64,000 bases of DNA from Lepidodermella squamata. Lineage: Eukaryota; Animalia; Gastrotricha. Made by a program: the position numbers and the translations under genes. The stretch lies in the NCBI GenBank assembly GCA_047495785.1, contig JBLDXI010000054.1:2108001-2172000 (forward strand), in the 5' to 3' direction. Below, one piece after another: positions 48,828 to 61,734 of the stretch. The notes below the pieces were generated by a model. It saw only the letters and a list, made by a program, of their open reading frames with translations, ran no database searches and was not told where the DNA came from. Position 1 is the first letter of the stretch; each line of letters opens with the position of its first letter.

Positions 48828-49881
48828 TTGCTAAAATGGAATCATAAGCTAGAAACCTAGAACAGTAAAAAGAATGCAATTTCCCGAAACCTCACCACAC
48901 TCGAAGCAATGAATGACCTGACACTCATGCCGTTGTCATACTGCCAAAAATTTTCGAATTTTCAGTTAAAAATTCCTCCTTTCAGCTCAGCCGGGCCAGA
49001 CAACAAAATGAGAATTTATCCCACTGTTTCGTTTATTTTGAAAGGTTTTGGAGCCTGCTTTAGCGGAAATTCTTCAACATTTTCTCGCTTCGCTCGGTTT
49101 TTAGTTGTAATTCAGCAAAGAAATGTTTTCCATCCCTGGCAGCTCCGGAATCCAAGATCACACCCTTGCTCACGCTCTATTCAATCCATTTTGAAGCTGT
49201 ATCCTAAAAATTTCCTAAAAAAATTGAAGGCTTTAAAAACTTTGAGAGCATGCAACGCGATTTGCCCCACCTCAGATTCCAGAGTGGTACTAATGGGAAT
49301 GATGCAGAATTTCATGAGAGTAAGACTTTCCTATGGTAAGCTTTAACGCTGCGTTGAAATTTCTGGCTTCACTGGAGCAAGGGTCCTCCTTTACCAGAAC
49401 CAAGTCGCGGAACCTTTCCAGTGGCCTGAAATCAATTCTTGGGTATCTCTCATGTGTCAAGATTGCCCGCAAAAAATCACCATGATTAAATTGAGCGTAA
49501 CATTCTCTTTAAAAATTGTCGACCTTTTTCGAACGCTTGCTGTTCCTTAGCCACGATGTTCCCGGGCTCATGTTTTGACCATCATCAGTCCGAACCCATG
49601 TGTAAGCTAACAAACCAGCTCATTCCCTATACCGTTACCGAGCCATCGCTTTTCGAAGGTAAAAGAGGAAAACATGAAAACCTCTCGACGGTGCCCTAAA
49701 TCTGCATAAAAGCCCCACTTTTGAACCTATACTGTGTAGGAAACCTTACCCTACTAGCACAAAAGTTGAAAACAACGAAGCCGAAAACAACGAATTTCAC
49801 AAAATAATGAGCCTAGAAAATATATACATTGAAATGATTCAATTTAATTAGCGAATGAAAGGAAGTAAGATTCATTGTAAT

Positions 49882-51274
49882 TTATTGTTTGATGCTTTCA
49901 AGTTGAGAAGGCATGAAAAAATGTTTCGCTCCTTTTGATCCGATCTTTCCTAAGGGTATGCCTCTCAGGATGTGTCTTACCTTAGCCGGATTCAGGTTTG
50001 TAACCGATGCTATGTGTTCAATCCGTTTGGCGTAGAGCCTGCACGGAATCGCAGCTTCTTTCTCGAGGATCGCAATTTGCCAAGGCTCTAATGCCAAAAA
50101 ACGGCGACTTTTTTCACCGACGTTCAATTTACGCATCTAAGAACGTATCAAATCGCATCAAATCAAGAACTAACATGGGATACGATTGAAGCTTACGTTT
50201 TCAAGAGTCACTTTGTCGCACAAGCGAATATTCGATTTATCTCTTCTCCTTTGAAACCAACCTGCTAGCACGGACCTTTTGAGCTGAAGCGCTTTAGCAA
50301 GCTCATCTCTACGCTGCACTGTAGGCGATACATTCACAGCAAATTCCTAATGGACAAATCCTTCAATTACAAATAATGGACAGCGATGAGTCATTCACTT
50401 TATCGAGAAGTTCAATCTGCTCTTCTTTCAAATTGATTTTATTCCTTCGACTTGGATGGTCTCGAAATCGGCATCGCATCCAGCAGAACCACATTTTGAT
50501 GCGTTTTATTGCCAAACCTGTCTTAAGGGCCAGACCTTCCACTTCCGCCTTCCCCGGGGAAGAATTGGCTAGAAAAACGCCCCGCAGTACGTCGAACTGC
50601 TCCTTAGTCATCGGACGCTTCTTGTGCGCCACCATTTTCGGGTCCCGATTTCTGACAAGCCAACGATAAACTTTCCGTCGATTTGCAGACAGTTCTCTGG
50701 CCACTGAGTAACTGAATTTCCACAGCGAAATGTCCTGAGTTTCCCTCCAGGCTTCCAAGTGGCGCTGCAATTCTTCAAGGTGCCAGCCTTCGAATCTCGA
50801 ATTCGCTGGAGTTGTCTCTGCAAATGAATGTCGGCGTTGTTCATCTTGATACATTGCGCGCCCTTCGGAGCCTATTGTTTCGTGTCTACGACGAGTAAAC
50901 CACTTGCGAACCTTCAACTCCTGTAATCCGGTGACAGCTGCCAGTTCCTTAATATCTTTCACTCCAGGATAGGCGTTGGCTTTGAATGCGTTGGCAAGTA
51001 TTTCCCGTTGCGTTCTAGATTTGTAATTTTGTGATTTAGCTCCAACAGCCGCCATGCCAGTGTGGCAACGGCAGTAGACCCAACGATAGACACGTTCCTT
51101 ATCCTCTCCGATTTCTTCAGCTAAACGTTTGCTCATTATGCAGAGTTTCTCATCGAACTGGTTATTCTGCCAATCTTCTAGCCTCTTCTGCATCACTTCG
51201 AGCTGCCAAGGCTCAAATCCAAACCGTATCGAAGGGCTACTCTTTTTCCGCAGTCCAGCCTTACCAACACTCAT
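49882..51274 (-). CDS. Multi-homeodomain protein, copy 3 (7th homeodomain lost by deletion)
   Basis: Exons 51274-50399, 50346-50197 and 50136-49882. Exon 3 stops at MPSQLESIKQ. Confidence 0.75.
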
Positions 51275-51639
51275 TTGTTAAAATGGAAACCTATTAGATC
51301 AGTAAAAATGCAATTTTATGACATCTGACCACACTTGAAGCATTGAATTGTTTCAACTTTTGATATAAGGTTCGTCCTTTTCTGACTTTTTTTTAATTTT
51401 TTATGTTAATTTTATCGACATCTTGCATATCCAGCTTTTACCAAGAATAAGCCGCTCGTGCGGTGAAAGCCAGCTCACTTGAAGCGCATTTCAAACCTGA
51501 GGGAAATTTTGGTATCGGCCTTAACAGTTCAACCAAAATACTTCGAGCCATCAAATTCTTCTAGAGGAATGAATGTTTTTTTTTTGCCCATATTTTAACG
51601 TCCTTCTTTTACCAGACCCAAAAAGCGGACCCAAATTGT

Positions 51640-51795
51640 GGAGTTCTCTGGCCACTGAGTAACTGAATTTCCACAGCGAAATGTCCTGAGTTTCCCTCCA
51701 GGCCTCCAAGTGGCGCTGCAATTCTTCAAGGTGCCAGCCTTCGAATCTCGAATTCGCTGGAGCCTATTGTTTCGCGTCTACGACGAATAAACCAA
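51640..51795 (-). pseudogene. Short duplicate of copy-3 exon 1 (about 50691-50900) with an internal deletion
   Basis: Near-identical gagttctctggccactgagt...aattcgctgga followed by gcctattgtttcg. Confidence 0.7.
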
Positions 51796-52377
51796 TTGAT
51801 GGAGTTCTGACAAGTTCGGTTGAAAATCGAGGTCGGTGTGGTCGTTTCTTGAGGCTGCATCAAATGTTAGGCTGCTGTAAAATCCGTATGCAGTCGATGA
51901 TAGGCCATGGATCTAGCGACTAATACTCCTACGGCCGGGAGGCGAGAGTAGGTTTCGGATACATGGGGCGGTTGCGACCTTCACGAGGCGCTGATCTAGC
52001 TGAGGGACAGTAATGTCGACACTCCTCAGAGATTATCTCGGCATGGCATTGTGCAGAAGCCGAAGAGGCATAGCAAGCCAAAACCCCGAAAGATTTCAGA
52101 AATGTAATGACTACAAAATATAGAATTGTCGCCAAAAATATAGGTCGAGTCGCTATGACAATTCGATATTTTACGGTATAACATTCGTAAATCGTTCATA
52201 TCTGAACTCGCCGCACTCGATTTACTCGTCGCAACTCGCCTCCGGCTCGTCACGACTCGTAAATCTCGGGCGGCTCCGTACAGATATAAACGTTTTACTC
52301 ATGTCATACCATACAAATATATACATATAAATTGAATGATTAAAATGTACTTCAATGAAAGGGAGGGAGACTAATTT

Positions 52378-53825
52378 TCAATCATTGTTTGAATCTTTTC
52401 TGGTCCTCCGATGGCAAAACCACCTGCCGAGACGCTTGGTGCCAACATTCACAACTGCGGAAAGATTTTTGTAATCTGACCGGGATGGCCAACGCGTACG
52501 TTGAAACAGCTCTTCCATTTTTTCGAGTTGGGAAGGCATGAGAAAACGCGGCGCTCTTGGTCCGGTCTTTCTTGAGGACTTTCCTCGCAGGAAGCTACCT
52601 ACTTTCGCCGGAGTCAGGTTTGTAACCGATGCCAAGTGTTCAATCCGTTTGGCGTAGAGCCTGCACGGAATTGCAGCTTCTTTTTCGAGGATATCAACTT
52701 GCCAAGGCTCTAATGCCGAGAAACGGCGACCTCTGTCCCCGACGTTCAATTTACGCATCTAAGAACACTAAATCAAGAAATTAGTGATACGATTGAGGCT
52801 TACCTTTTCGAGAGTCGCTTTGTCGCACAAGCGAATATTCGATTTATTTCTTCTGCTTTGAAACCAACGTGCTATCGCGGACCTTTTGAGCTGAAGCGCT
52901 TTAGCAAGCTCATCTCTACGCTGCACTGTAGGCGATACATTCACAGCAAATTCCTAATTATGATGCATACTTCAAATTACAAATATTGAACAACGAACAC
53001 GACATTCACCTTTTCGAGAATTTTAACCTGCTCTTCGTTTAGAGTTACTTTCCGATGAACTTGATAGTCTCGAAATTGCTGTCGACTTCCGCAAAACCAT
53101 TTTGTGATGTACCGTACTGGCAGACCTGTCTTTAGGGCCAGCTCTTCCTCTCCCGCCTTTCCCGGGTAAGGATTGGCTAGAAAAGCGCTCCTCAATGTGT
53201 GAAACTGTTCCTCATTTGCCTTACACTTCTTGGGCATGATCGGGTCCCGATGCCTGAGAAGCCAACGATGAACTTTCCCTCGATTCGCGGATATTTTTTT
53301 AGCAACGGACATGCTAAGTTTGCATAGCTTAATATCCTGCGTTTTCGACCATTCTTCCAAGTGGCGTCGCAATTCATCAATCTGCCAACTTTTGAATTTC
53401 CCCTCTTGGTAAATCGCGAACCCTTCAGAGCGTAAGATTCCGCGTCTTCGAGAACAAAACCACTGACGAACCTTCAACTCCTGTAATCTGGTGACAGCTG
53501 CCAGTTCCTTGATATCTCTCACGTCAGGATATGCTTTCGCTTCGAATGCGTTGACAAGTATTTCCTGTTGCTTTCTAGATATGTAATTTCGAGATTTAGT
53601 CTTTGCAACCGCCATGTCAGTGTCGCGACGCCGGTTGAGCCACAAATAGACACGCTCCACCGTCTCTTCGATTTCCTCAGCTAAACGTTTGCTCATGAAG
53701 TAGAGCCCCTCGTTACGGTTTTTCTGCCAATCTTCTAACCTCTTCTGAATCACTTCAAGCTGCCAAGGCTCAAATCCACACCGCGGGCTTTTCTTCTTCC
53801 GCGATTTTTCCTTGCCAACACTCAT
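52378..53825 (-). CDS. Multi-homeodomain protein, copy 4 (intact, shorter linker)
   Basis: Exons 53825-53010, 52953-52804 and 52758-52378. Confidence 0.85.
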
Positions 53826-54126
53826 TTATTTAATCTAGTCAAGAATGCAATTTAACGACATTCGACACAACATTCGAAGCAATGAATTGATTTCACTTGA
53901 TTATTTTAGATATAACGTTCATCCACTTCTGAATTTAAAAGACAACGAAATTTTATTTAGGTATTGTTTTATCCGCATCTAGCATTCAGCTAATCGAGAA
54001 TACACCGCTCGTGCCTTGGGGCTCGTGCGGTGTCTGCCTGCACACTCGATGCGCACTTCAAACATAAAAACATGAAAATCTTTATTATTCCCACATACGC
54101 ATGGTTAAATTTTGCCATGGAGAAAC

Positions 54127-54834
54127 CGCGTATCTAAGTCTCGTTCGAACCACGTCAACGTATGGTAACATCGTTTTCTGCACTGCACCCAAGCGGCAAC
54201 TCAAGCGCCTTGATGTCCTTCAGAACGATTGCCTTCGGGCTCTACTGAACGTCCGCCGCGATGACCGCGTCAGAGTCACGGGCCTCGAACGTCGCGCTGG
54301 TGTCCCAAGTCTCCCGCGTTTCTTTGAACAGACGCAGCGCCGTTACGCCGACAACGCCGTCCGCTTCGTCCTCCCGATCCGCGAAGCTGTCGAGCAACTA
54401 CGTCTCTCTGCGAACCCGGTGCCCCGGTCTCCGCTAGCCCTGATCGCCAGCAGGCTTCCTCGGGGTCCTCTGCCCACCTTCGGTGTGTGATCGTTCCGTG
54501 TCTCTTCCGTCTTTCTACATCTTGTACGTCTTGTCTTGTATAATCCTGGTTCCTCTTCTCCTTTCTTTTCTTTTTCTTCCTGCTGCACTCCTTCTGTTCT
54601 GATTAACCCATTACATGTAATCTTCTGCATACGATAAATATTCCTTTCGCTCGCCCACTAGCGTCCTCAGCGCACTGCCGCCGGCAAGCGCATGTCGTCT
54701 CGCAACCGCGTGCCATCTCTGTCACTTTGTATATATTGTTCGCAAGAAAGGAATTTATTTTGTTATATTGTTCTTTTATATTTTTGTGGCTGATGGACAA
54801 ATAAATTTGAATTTAGAAAAAAAAAAAAAAATTT
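54127..54834 (+). mobile_element. 5'-truncated Jockey/I-like LINE with an A-rich tail
   Basis: C-terminal ORF2 (KRQLKRLDVLQNDCLR...PRGPLP), 3' UTR, AATAAA-TTTGAATTTAG-A15 tail, and a possible TSD AGAAAC. Confidence 0.85.
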
Positions 54835-55408
54835 AGAAACATTTGTTTCTCTATGGCTAGAAATGTTTCTCTATGGCAACCAATAATTTCTCTTTGGGTT
54901 GAAACTGCCACAAATTTGGGCAGCATTTCGCTCAGAATTTGCCTCAAAACCCCCAGAAAAGTCACTTGAAAGTCACTAGAACAGTGAAAACCCCAATTTT
55001 ATTTAAAAGCAATTTCACGTCCAAAAATAAATATTTGACCAAATGAGGCGGAAAGCGAGGTCGTCGAAATCTCTTGCTGGCAGCTGAGGCGATGCAGATC
55101 CGGTTTTCCCTCCGGAATCGCGGTTTTGAGCAGCAACAGAACGTCAGCGACTAGCCATAGCAACGTTAGAGGCGACAATGACTGCTTTCTCGGCGAGTCT
55201 TCGACCGGCAAAATTGACCCATATCCACGATTAATTTCCGCCGCGACCTGAATACCATCGGATACCATGTAGCGAGCGGATGGCTTTTATCGTTGCCAGT
55301 CTCCCAAACGACGCGATGTACAGGGTGACTTTTTTATAGTGGCAATAATCCATGTTAGCAATAATTGCGTCTAGTACTGAATCATCTTTGTATGGCGAGT
55401 AATTGCAT

Positions 55409-55517
55409 GTCGATTTCTCCAAACTTAACGAACTTGTGCTAGCAATAAAATTTTATGAATGGCCTGGTATTACGCGATAATTATCAGATAGAGTTTGAAG
55501 AGTTTGGAGAAATCGAC
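55409..55517. repeat. 109-bp mini inverted-repeat element with perfect 17-bp TIRs
   Basis: GTCGATTTCTCCAAACT ... AGTTTGGAGAAATCGAC. Confidence 0.6.
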
Positions 55518-56034
55518 TTTAGTGCAGTGCAAGTACTCGCAATACTAGACAGTACTAGTCCCGATTAATGCTAACAAAGATTATTTCCACTATAAAAAAG
55601 TCACCCTGTAGATTCATTGATTTCTGTGCGCAACCGGCTGGCTGGCGATCGATTTGAGAGGATTCTTCGAGGCAACGCTTTGTTTGTTTCCAGAATCCAT
55701 CGAACCAAGGCAACTGATGATGCCGGCTTGATGATCGGGGCTTGATATCGGCGCTCTGTTCCATGAATCTTGACTACTGATGCTTCGGCCAGCCGGAGAG
55801 CATGACGATTTCGACGACGAATGAGGGTTGACCAAAAATCAAGTTGCAAACAAGAAAAAATTCGCCGGAATGAAAAATGATTTTCTTTTACAAACGAAGA
55901 ATCATTTTCGTGAAATTTTAAGTTGGATGTTTTATTTTCTCTCTGGAACCCCTCGATTCGTTTGGCTGCGCCAAACTCACTCGGGGTTCCAGATCGGGGG
56001 GAAATTATATTTCTCCATGGTTTGCCATAGAGTA

Positions 56035-57832
56035 TTCCCTTATTGTCCTCTTTCCAAATAAAATACACAAAATAACTCTCTAATAATACTATGGAACAAG
56101 AGGCGCGTGCTAGTAAGATGTATCCATGCTCATCATATTGATGGGGCACGTAAGAGACGGAGAGGGAGATGGCGAGGGTTTTATCAGTGGCAGGGTACTT
56201 TTCGATAGCAGAGAGAAACACATTACAGAGAATTGCGGTAAGAGTAAAAAGGAGAAAATATGGCGGAGACAACGGTAGCTAACGGAGGAATTTTATAAAA
56301 AAGCAAGGCAGCCTGTAGAGGAAAGAAAAACAACATGAAAGAAGAGGTGAAGAAAGAAGAGGGAAGATATAGGAGAGAAGATGGGAGAAAAGAGAATAAC
56401 AGCCCAGCCTATGAAGTCGGGCAGAGGACCACGAGGGAGTCTGTTGCTCAACAGCACGAAGGGCGAGCGCGGAGGGGGGCGGGCCATCATGCGGACGCTC
56501 TCGAGGTCCTCGCGCAGCGGCAGGACAAACTGAGCGGCTTTGGCGACATAACGGCGCTGGCACTGTTCCAGAAACCGAGGGACACTCGGGATGCGGCAAC
56601 GAGATTCCAACTCCGACACGCGGACCCTGTCGTCCCGACGAATGTGTGGAGCATTGCACGCAGGCTATCATTTTGGATGACTGCGAGACGATTAAGCTGT
56701 TGCTTCGAGGCGGTAGCCAGACAAATGGTCCCATAAGACCAGCACGAACGGACCAGAGTCAAGTAAAGGGTGCGGCGCCAGCGGCGCGACAGCCCAGGGG
56801 TGAACATGAGATGTTTGAAAAAAACCAGATTTCTGCGGCAACGGTCAGAGACCTTGTCCACATGAACTTTCCACGTCAGTTTAGGGTCCAAGTGAACACC
56901 GAGAACTCGTAACGACTCGACTTGCGGAATTACGGCTCCGTTGAGCCTAACATCAACGGACGCGTTACCAAAGGGCATAACTTCGCTCTTCGCGGGATTA
57001 AACTTCTGGCGCCATTTCTTGGCCCAGTCGGAAATACGAGTGAGCTCCAATTGGAGGCGACGCTGAGCAGCAGGGAACGTGCCACCCTCGCCGACGACAG
57101 TTAGATCGTCCGCGTAGGCCTGCAGCAACGTGCCATCCACGCTTGGGGCGGACAGCAAATCGGCGGTGTACAGAATGTAGAGAAGCGGCGACAACGGGGA
57201 ACCCTGCGGCACCCCGCAATGGACGACGACTTGACGACTCAGCGAGCCCGCCACGCGAGCTTGCAGACGACGGTCGCGAAGATAGTCGGCCAACCAGCCG
57301 ACCAAATTTCGCGGGAGAGGCAGCTTGGCCAGCCGGCGTGCCACACGGAATCGTAGGCCGCCTGAACATCCAGGCCTGCCACAACAGTCTTCTTGCGCAG
57401 GGAGCGGTTGACGTGGACGCGATGAACGATGCGAAGTGGGACATCTGGCGCGGAATGGTGCGGACGGAAGGCAAACTGATTTCTCAGGGAGAAGGTGTTG
57501 ACTTTCAAGAAACTGGGTCATCCACCGAGCCACGATCGAGCTTGGCGTCAGTCGGCAGCAAGGAGATGGGACGCTGTGACGAGACATGGTTCTGCGGCTT
57601 GCCGGCCGTCGGGATAGGCACCACAACCGCTTCTTTCCACGCTTTAGGCACGTAACGACTCCCAAGAGACATGTTGAATAGCCGACGAAGGTGGGTTTGC
57701 AGGACAGGGCCACCCCACTTCAGGTAGATGTTTTGAATACCATCCAAGCCAGGGGCCTTGAAGGACTTCAAACGGCTAACAGCATCAGCGAGCATCCGTT
57801 GACCGACAGAAAACTCGCCGAGAGCGGGCACG
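56035..57832 (-). mobile_element. 5'-truncated, frameshifted Jockey/I-like LINE (RT to 3' UTR)
   Basis: KAPGLDGI, QRPISLLP, AYDSVWHAG, GVPQGSPLSPLLY, QAYADD and KFNPAKS spread over several frames, followed by a pyrimidine-rich 3' UTR. Confidence 0.9.
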
Positions 57833-58911
57833 CGGATCACATCGGAAGCACGAAGGTAGAGAATTTCGATTTCGGAGTTCAACCCAAATACCACGAGCCA
57901 TCGAATTCTTCGAGATGCTTTAGTTCTGCCTATAATTGAGGGTCCTCCTTTTACCAGAACCAAGTAGCGGAACCCGATTTGTCAGCGGAAACACATTTTG
58001 GAATTTGCGAGTGGCGAGTGGTCTGAAATACTTATAAGCTTTCGGGTATTTCTTGGATGTCAAGATTGAACGCAATAGTTATAAAAAATCACCATTAATT
58101 CAGGGTAACATTCTCTATAAGACAGAGTATACAAGTCAGAACTCATACATCGCCTCGTGTTAGTAGAATTATTCAATAAGTGACTCTCGGCATGTTTCGA
58201 CTATGGTTCCGCTACAGCAAGTTAGGTTCCGCTCGCTATCAATTTGGTTCCGCTAAAAAGATATTCGAATTGTTTGGATAAAAATTTTAAATAGATAAAT
58301 AAACGCCCACCATAAATTGTTGTTTGGGTGTTTCTGTTCCTTAGACAGAGTATACAGTATACAAGTCAGAACCCATACATTTCATGGAATAAATCAAGCA
58401 AGTTTCAAAAACACAAACAAGCAAGTTTCTCGAATTTTGGTTTCATAAATAAAATACTATTTTTTGTTTTCTAGGACAAAGGGAAATCTGCCCGCCGACT
58501 CCGCACCGCATCTGTCTCCCGCCAAAGCATCGCCGCCGCTGTCGCCGCCGTCAATCACGTTGACTCGTCTATCGCTGTCGACGACAACCTGCGGTCGTTG
58601 AATGTCGCCGATGTCATAGTCCTCCACCAGCCGGAGCCTTTGCCAACAAAATATCTGAAGAAACATGCCCCCTAGCATGCGCAAAATCAAATGCCCGAAT
58701 TTAATTTGTGCATTTCAGGTTCATCGTATTAGATTAATCTGTAAAATAGAGAATAAAATCACACCATTGTCAGCGGTTTGTTTATTATTTCCCGTTTCAA
58801 GGTGATTCCAGAGAGCACCACAGGTTCAATCGTTCAGCTACCCGAAACAACAATTAGGCTACTGCAAAGGATTGGCTAGAAAAGTGCTCCTCAGTATGTC
58901 AAACTGATCCT

Positions 58912-60268
58912 TTTCGCTCCGCCATGCTGCAGCCCGACTCGGCCTCACGATCTTGCCCTCGCCGAAACCCACTCGCCTTCACCTCGACACTGGCACCTTG
59001 TCAACCCTCGATGTTTGGGTCCTTAACGACGCCGCAATGCGCCTGCTGCGCGGCGGTGTGATTGTTGGCGATAGGTACACCAGCGATCATTATACGACCT
59101 CTATATCTGTCGATTTTCCAGTTGGCAGACGCCCACCTGCATTTGACCATCCCGCTCCTGACCCGTTCCCGCGCTTCGATGTCTCCCGCGCTGACCGTCT
59201 CGGATTTTCGCGTACGCTGATCGAGAAGTTGATTGCGATTCCTATGCCTGTTCCCGGTGACCCGTTCCCGCGTCTTGTCGAGTATCGCCGCTCCGTCACC
59301 CGCGCTGTAGCCGACTCCCGTGACCGTCACCTACCCGTCTGCGAGCCAGGGCAGCTGCGGAGGCTTGATATTATGAGCCAGGAGATGCGTCAGATCATCA
59401 AGGAGAAGCGCATTCTGGAGAGAGCCCTGGGCGACCATGTCGACCGCGACCTGTGCGTTCTTCTCAAGGCCCTTGACGCCCGTTTTCGTGATGCGAAGCA
59501 AGCCCATCAACTCCGCCGAGATGTCGCCAACCTTCGAATGGCAGAAGCTCTGTCAGCTCAACGCCGCTACCGCGAAGCCTGGGAGCGACTCAACCGTCTC
59601 GACAAGCGCCGCCCGCAGCGCTCGACTGGTCCTATGAAGCTTGATGATGGTCGCGTCCTCGAGCCGTCCGTCGAGCTCGCTGATGTCCTTCTCGATCAGT
59701 TTGTGAAGCCCATGACGCCATTCACCGACCCTGCTGCCGACGCCTATCTGAAGCAACAGTGGGCTGACATCGAACAGTTCGTCGCCTCTGATCCCGACCT
59801 ACAGCGCACTGACCGCCTTCAGCTACCAGCCCCGGGCGAGTTCTCCGTCAGTCAGCGCATGGTTGCCGATGCTGTGTCACGCCTCAAGCCGTTCAAGGCT
59901 CCCGGGTTGGATGGTATCAGCCCCGTCTTCAACAAGTGGGGTGGACCGGTGCTGCAGCGCCACCTCTGGCACATGTTCAGCCTGAGCCTCGGATCGCGCT
60001 TCGTACTGCCCGACTGGAAGGAAGCGGCTGTGATACCCGTGCCGAAAGCTGGCAAGCCGTTAGGAGCTGTCTCATCCCAGCGGCCGATCTCGTTGTTACC
60101 CGTCGACGGCAAGCTGTTGGAGTCCGTCGTGGCGCGTTGGTTGGGCGAGTTCTTGGAGAGCCACCACGCCCTGCCCGACAACCAGTATGCGTTCCGCGCG
60201 CACCACTCTGCACCCGATGTCCCTTTACGCGTCGCCCACACCGTTCACCTTGCCCGTTCTCGACACCG
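58912..60268 (+). mobile_element. Internal fragment of a related Jockey/I-like LINE (end of APE endonuclease to start of RT)
   Basis: PTR...STLD...SDHY (APE C-terminal motifs), KAPGLDGI, WKEAAVIPVPK, QRPISLLP and NQYAFR. Truncated at both ends. Confidence 0.88.
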
Positions 60269-61734
60269 AAAACATGAGACGTACCAGGACGTGGCGCTTC
60301 GATTTAAACGCCTGATTTTTGTGTTATTTCTTAATAAGGTCCAAAGGTCGTTGTGGCTAAAAATAACCTCATTCAGCGCGGGAGACATCGAAGCGCGGGA
60401 ACGGGTCAGGAGCGGGATGGTCAAATGCAGGTGGGCGTCTGCCAACTGGAAAATCGACAGATATAGAGGTCGTATAATGATCGCTGGTGTACCTATCGCC
60501 AACAATCACACCGCCGCGCAGCAGGCGCATTGCGGCGTCGTTAAGGACCCAAACATCGAGGGTTGACAAGGTGCCAGTGTCGAGGTGAAGGCGAGTGGGT
60601 TTCGGCGAGGGCAAGATCGTGAGGCCGAGTCGGGCTGCAGCATGGCGGAGCGAAAAGGATCAGTTTGACATACTGAGGAGCACTTTTCTAGCCAATCCTT
60701 TGCAGTAGCCTAATTGTTGTTTCGGGTAGCTGAACGATTGAACCTGTGGTGCTCTCTGGAATCACCTTGAAACGGGAAATAATAAACAAACCGCTGACAA
60801 TGGTGTGATTTTATTCTCTATTTTACAGATTAATCTAATACGATGAACCTGAAATGCACAAATTAAATTCGGGCATTTGATTTTGCGCATGCTAGGGGGC
60901 ATGTTTCTTCAGATATTTTGTTGGCAAAGGCTCCGGCTGGTGGAGGACTATGACATCGGCGACATTCAACGACCGCAGGTTGTCGTCGACAGCGATAGAC
61001 GAGTCAACGTGATTGACGGCGGCGACAGCGGCGGCGATGCTTTGGCGGGAGACAGATGCGGTGCGGAGTCGGCGGGCAGATTTCCCTTTGTCCTAGAAAA
61101 CAAAAAATAGTATTTTATTTATGAAACCAAAATTCGAGAAACTTGCTTGTTTGTGTTTTTGAAACTTGCTTGATTTATTCCATGAAATGTATGGGTTCTG
61201 ACTTGTATACTGTATACTCTGTCTAAGGAACAGAAACACCCAAACAACAATTTATGGTGGGCGTTTATTTATCTATTTAAAATTTTTATCCAAACAATTC
61301 GAATATCTTTTTAGCGGAACCAAATTGATAGCGAGCGGAACCTAACTTGCTGTAGCGGAACCATAGTCGAAACATGCCGAGAGTCACTTATTGAATAATT
61401 CTACTAACACGAGGCGATGTATGAGTTCTGACTTGTATACTCTGTCTTATAGAGAATGTTACCCTGAATTAATGGTGATTTTTTATAACTATTGCGTTCA
61501 ATCTTGACATCCAAGAAATACCCGAAAGCTTATAAGTATTTCAGACCACTCGCCACTCGCAAATTCCAAAATGTGTTTCCGCTGACAAATCGGGTTCCGC
61601 TACTTGGTTCTGGTAAAAGGAGGACCCTCAATTATAGGCAGAACTAAAGCATCTCGAAGAATTCGATGGCTCGTGGTATTTGGGTTGAACTCCGAAATCG
61701 AAATTCTCTACCTTCGTGCTTCCGATGTGATCCG

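Noticed and set aside
55601-56272. 223-aa minus-strand ORF
   Set aside because: It starts in LINE 3' UTR and crosses the element boundary, and has no recognisable motifs.
56035-60268. Twin-priming inversion of a single LINE
   Set aside because: The minus and plus pieces overlap in protein coordinates, differ in sequence and are about 1 kb apart, so they are separate copies.
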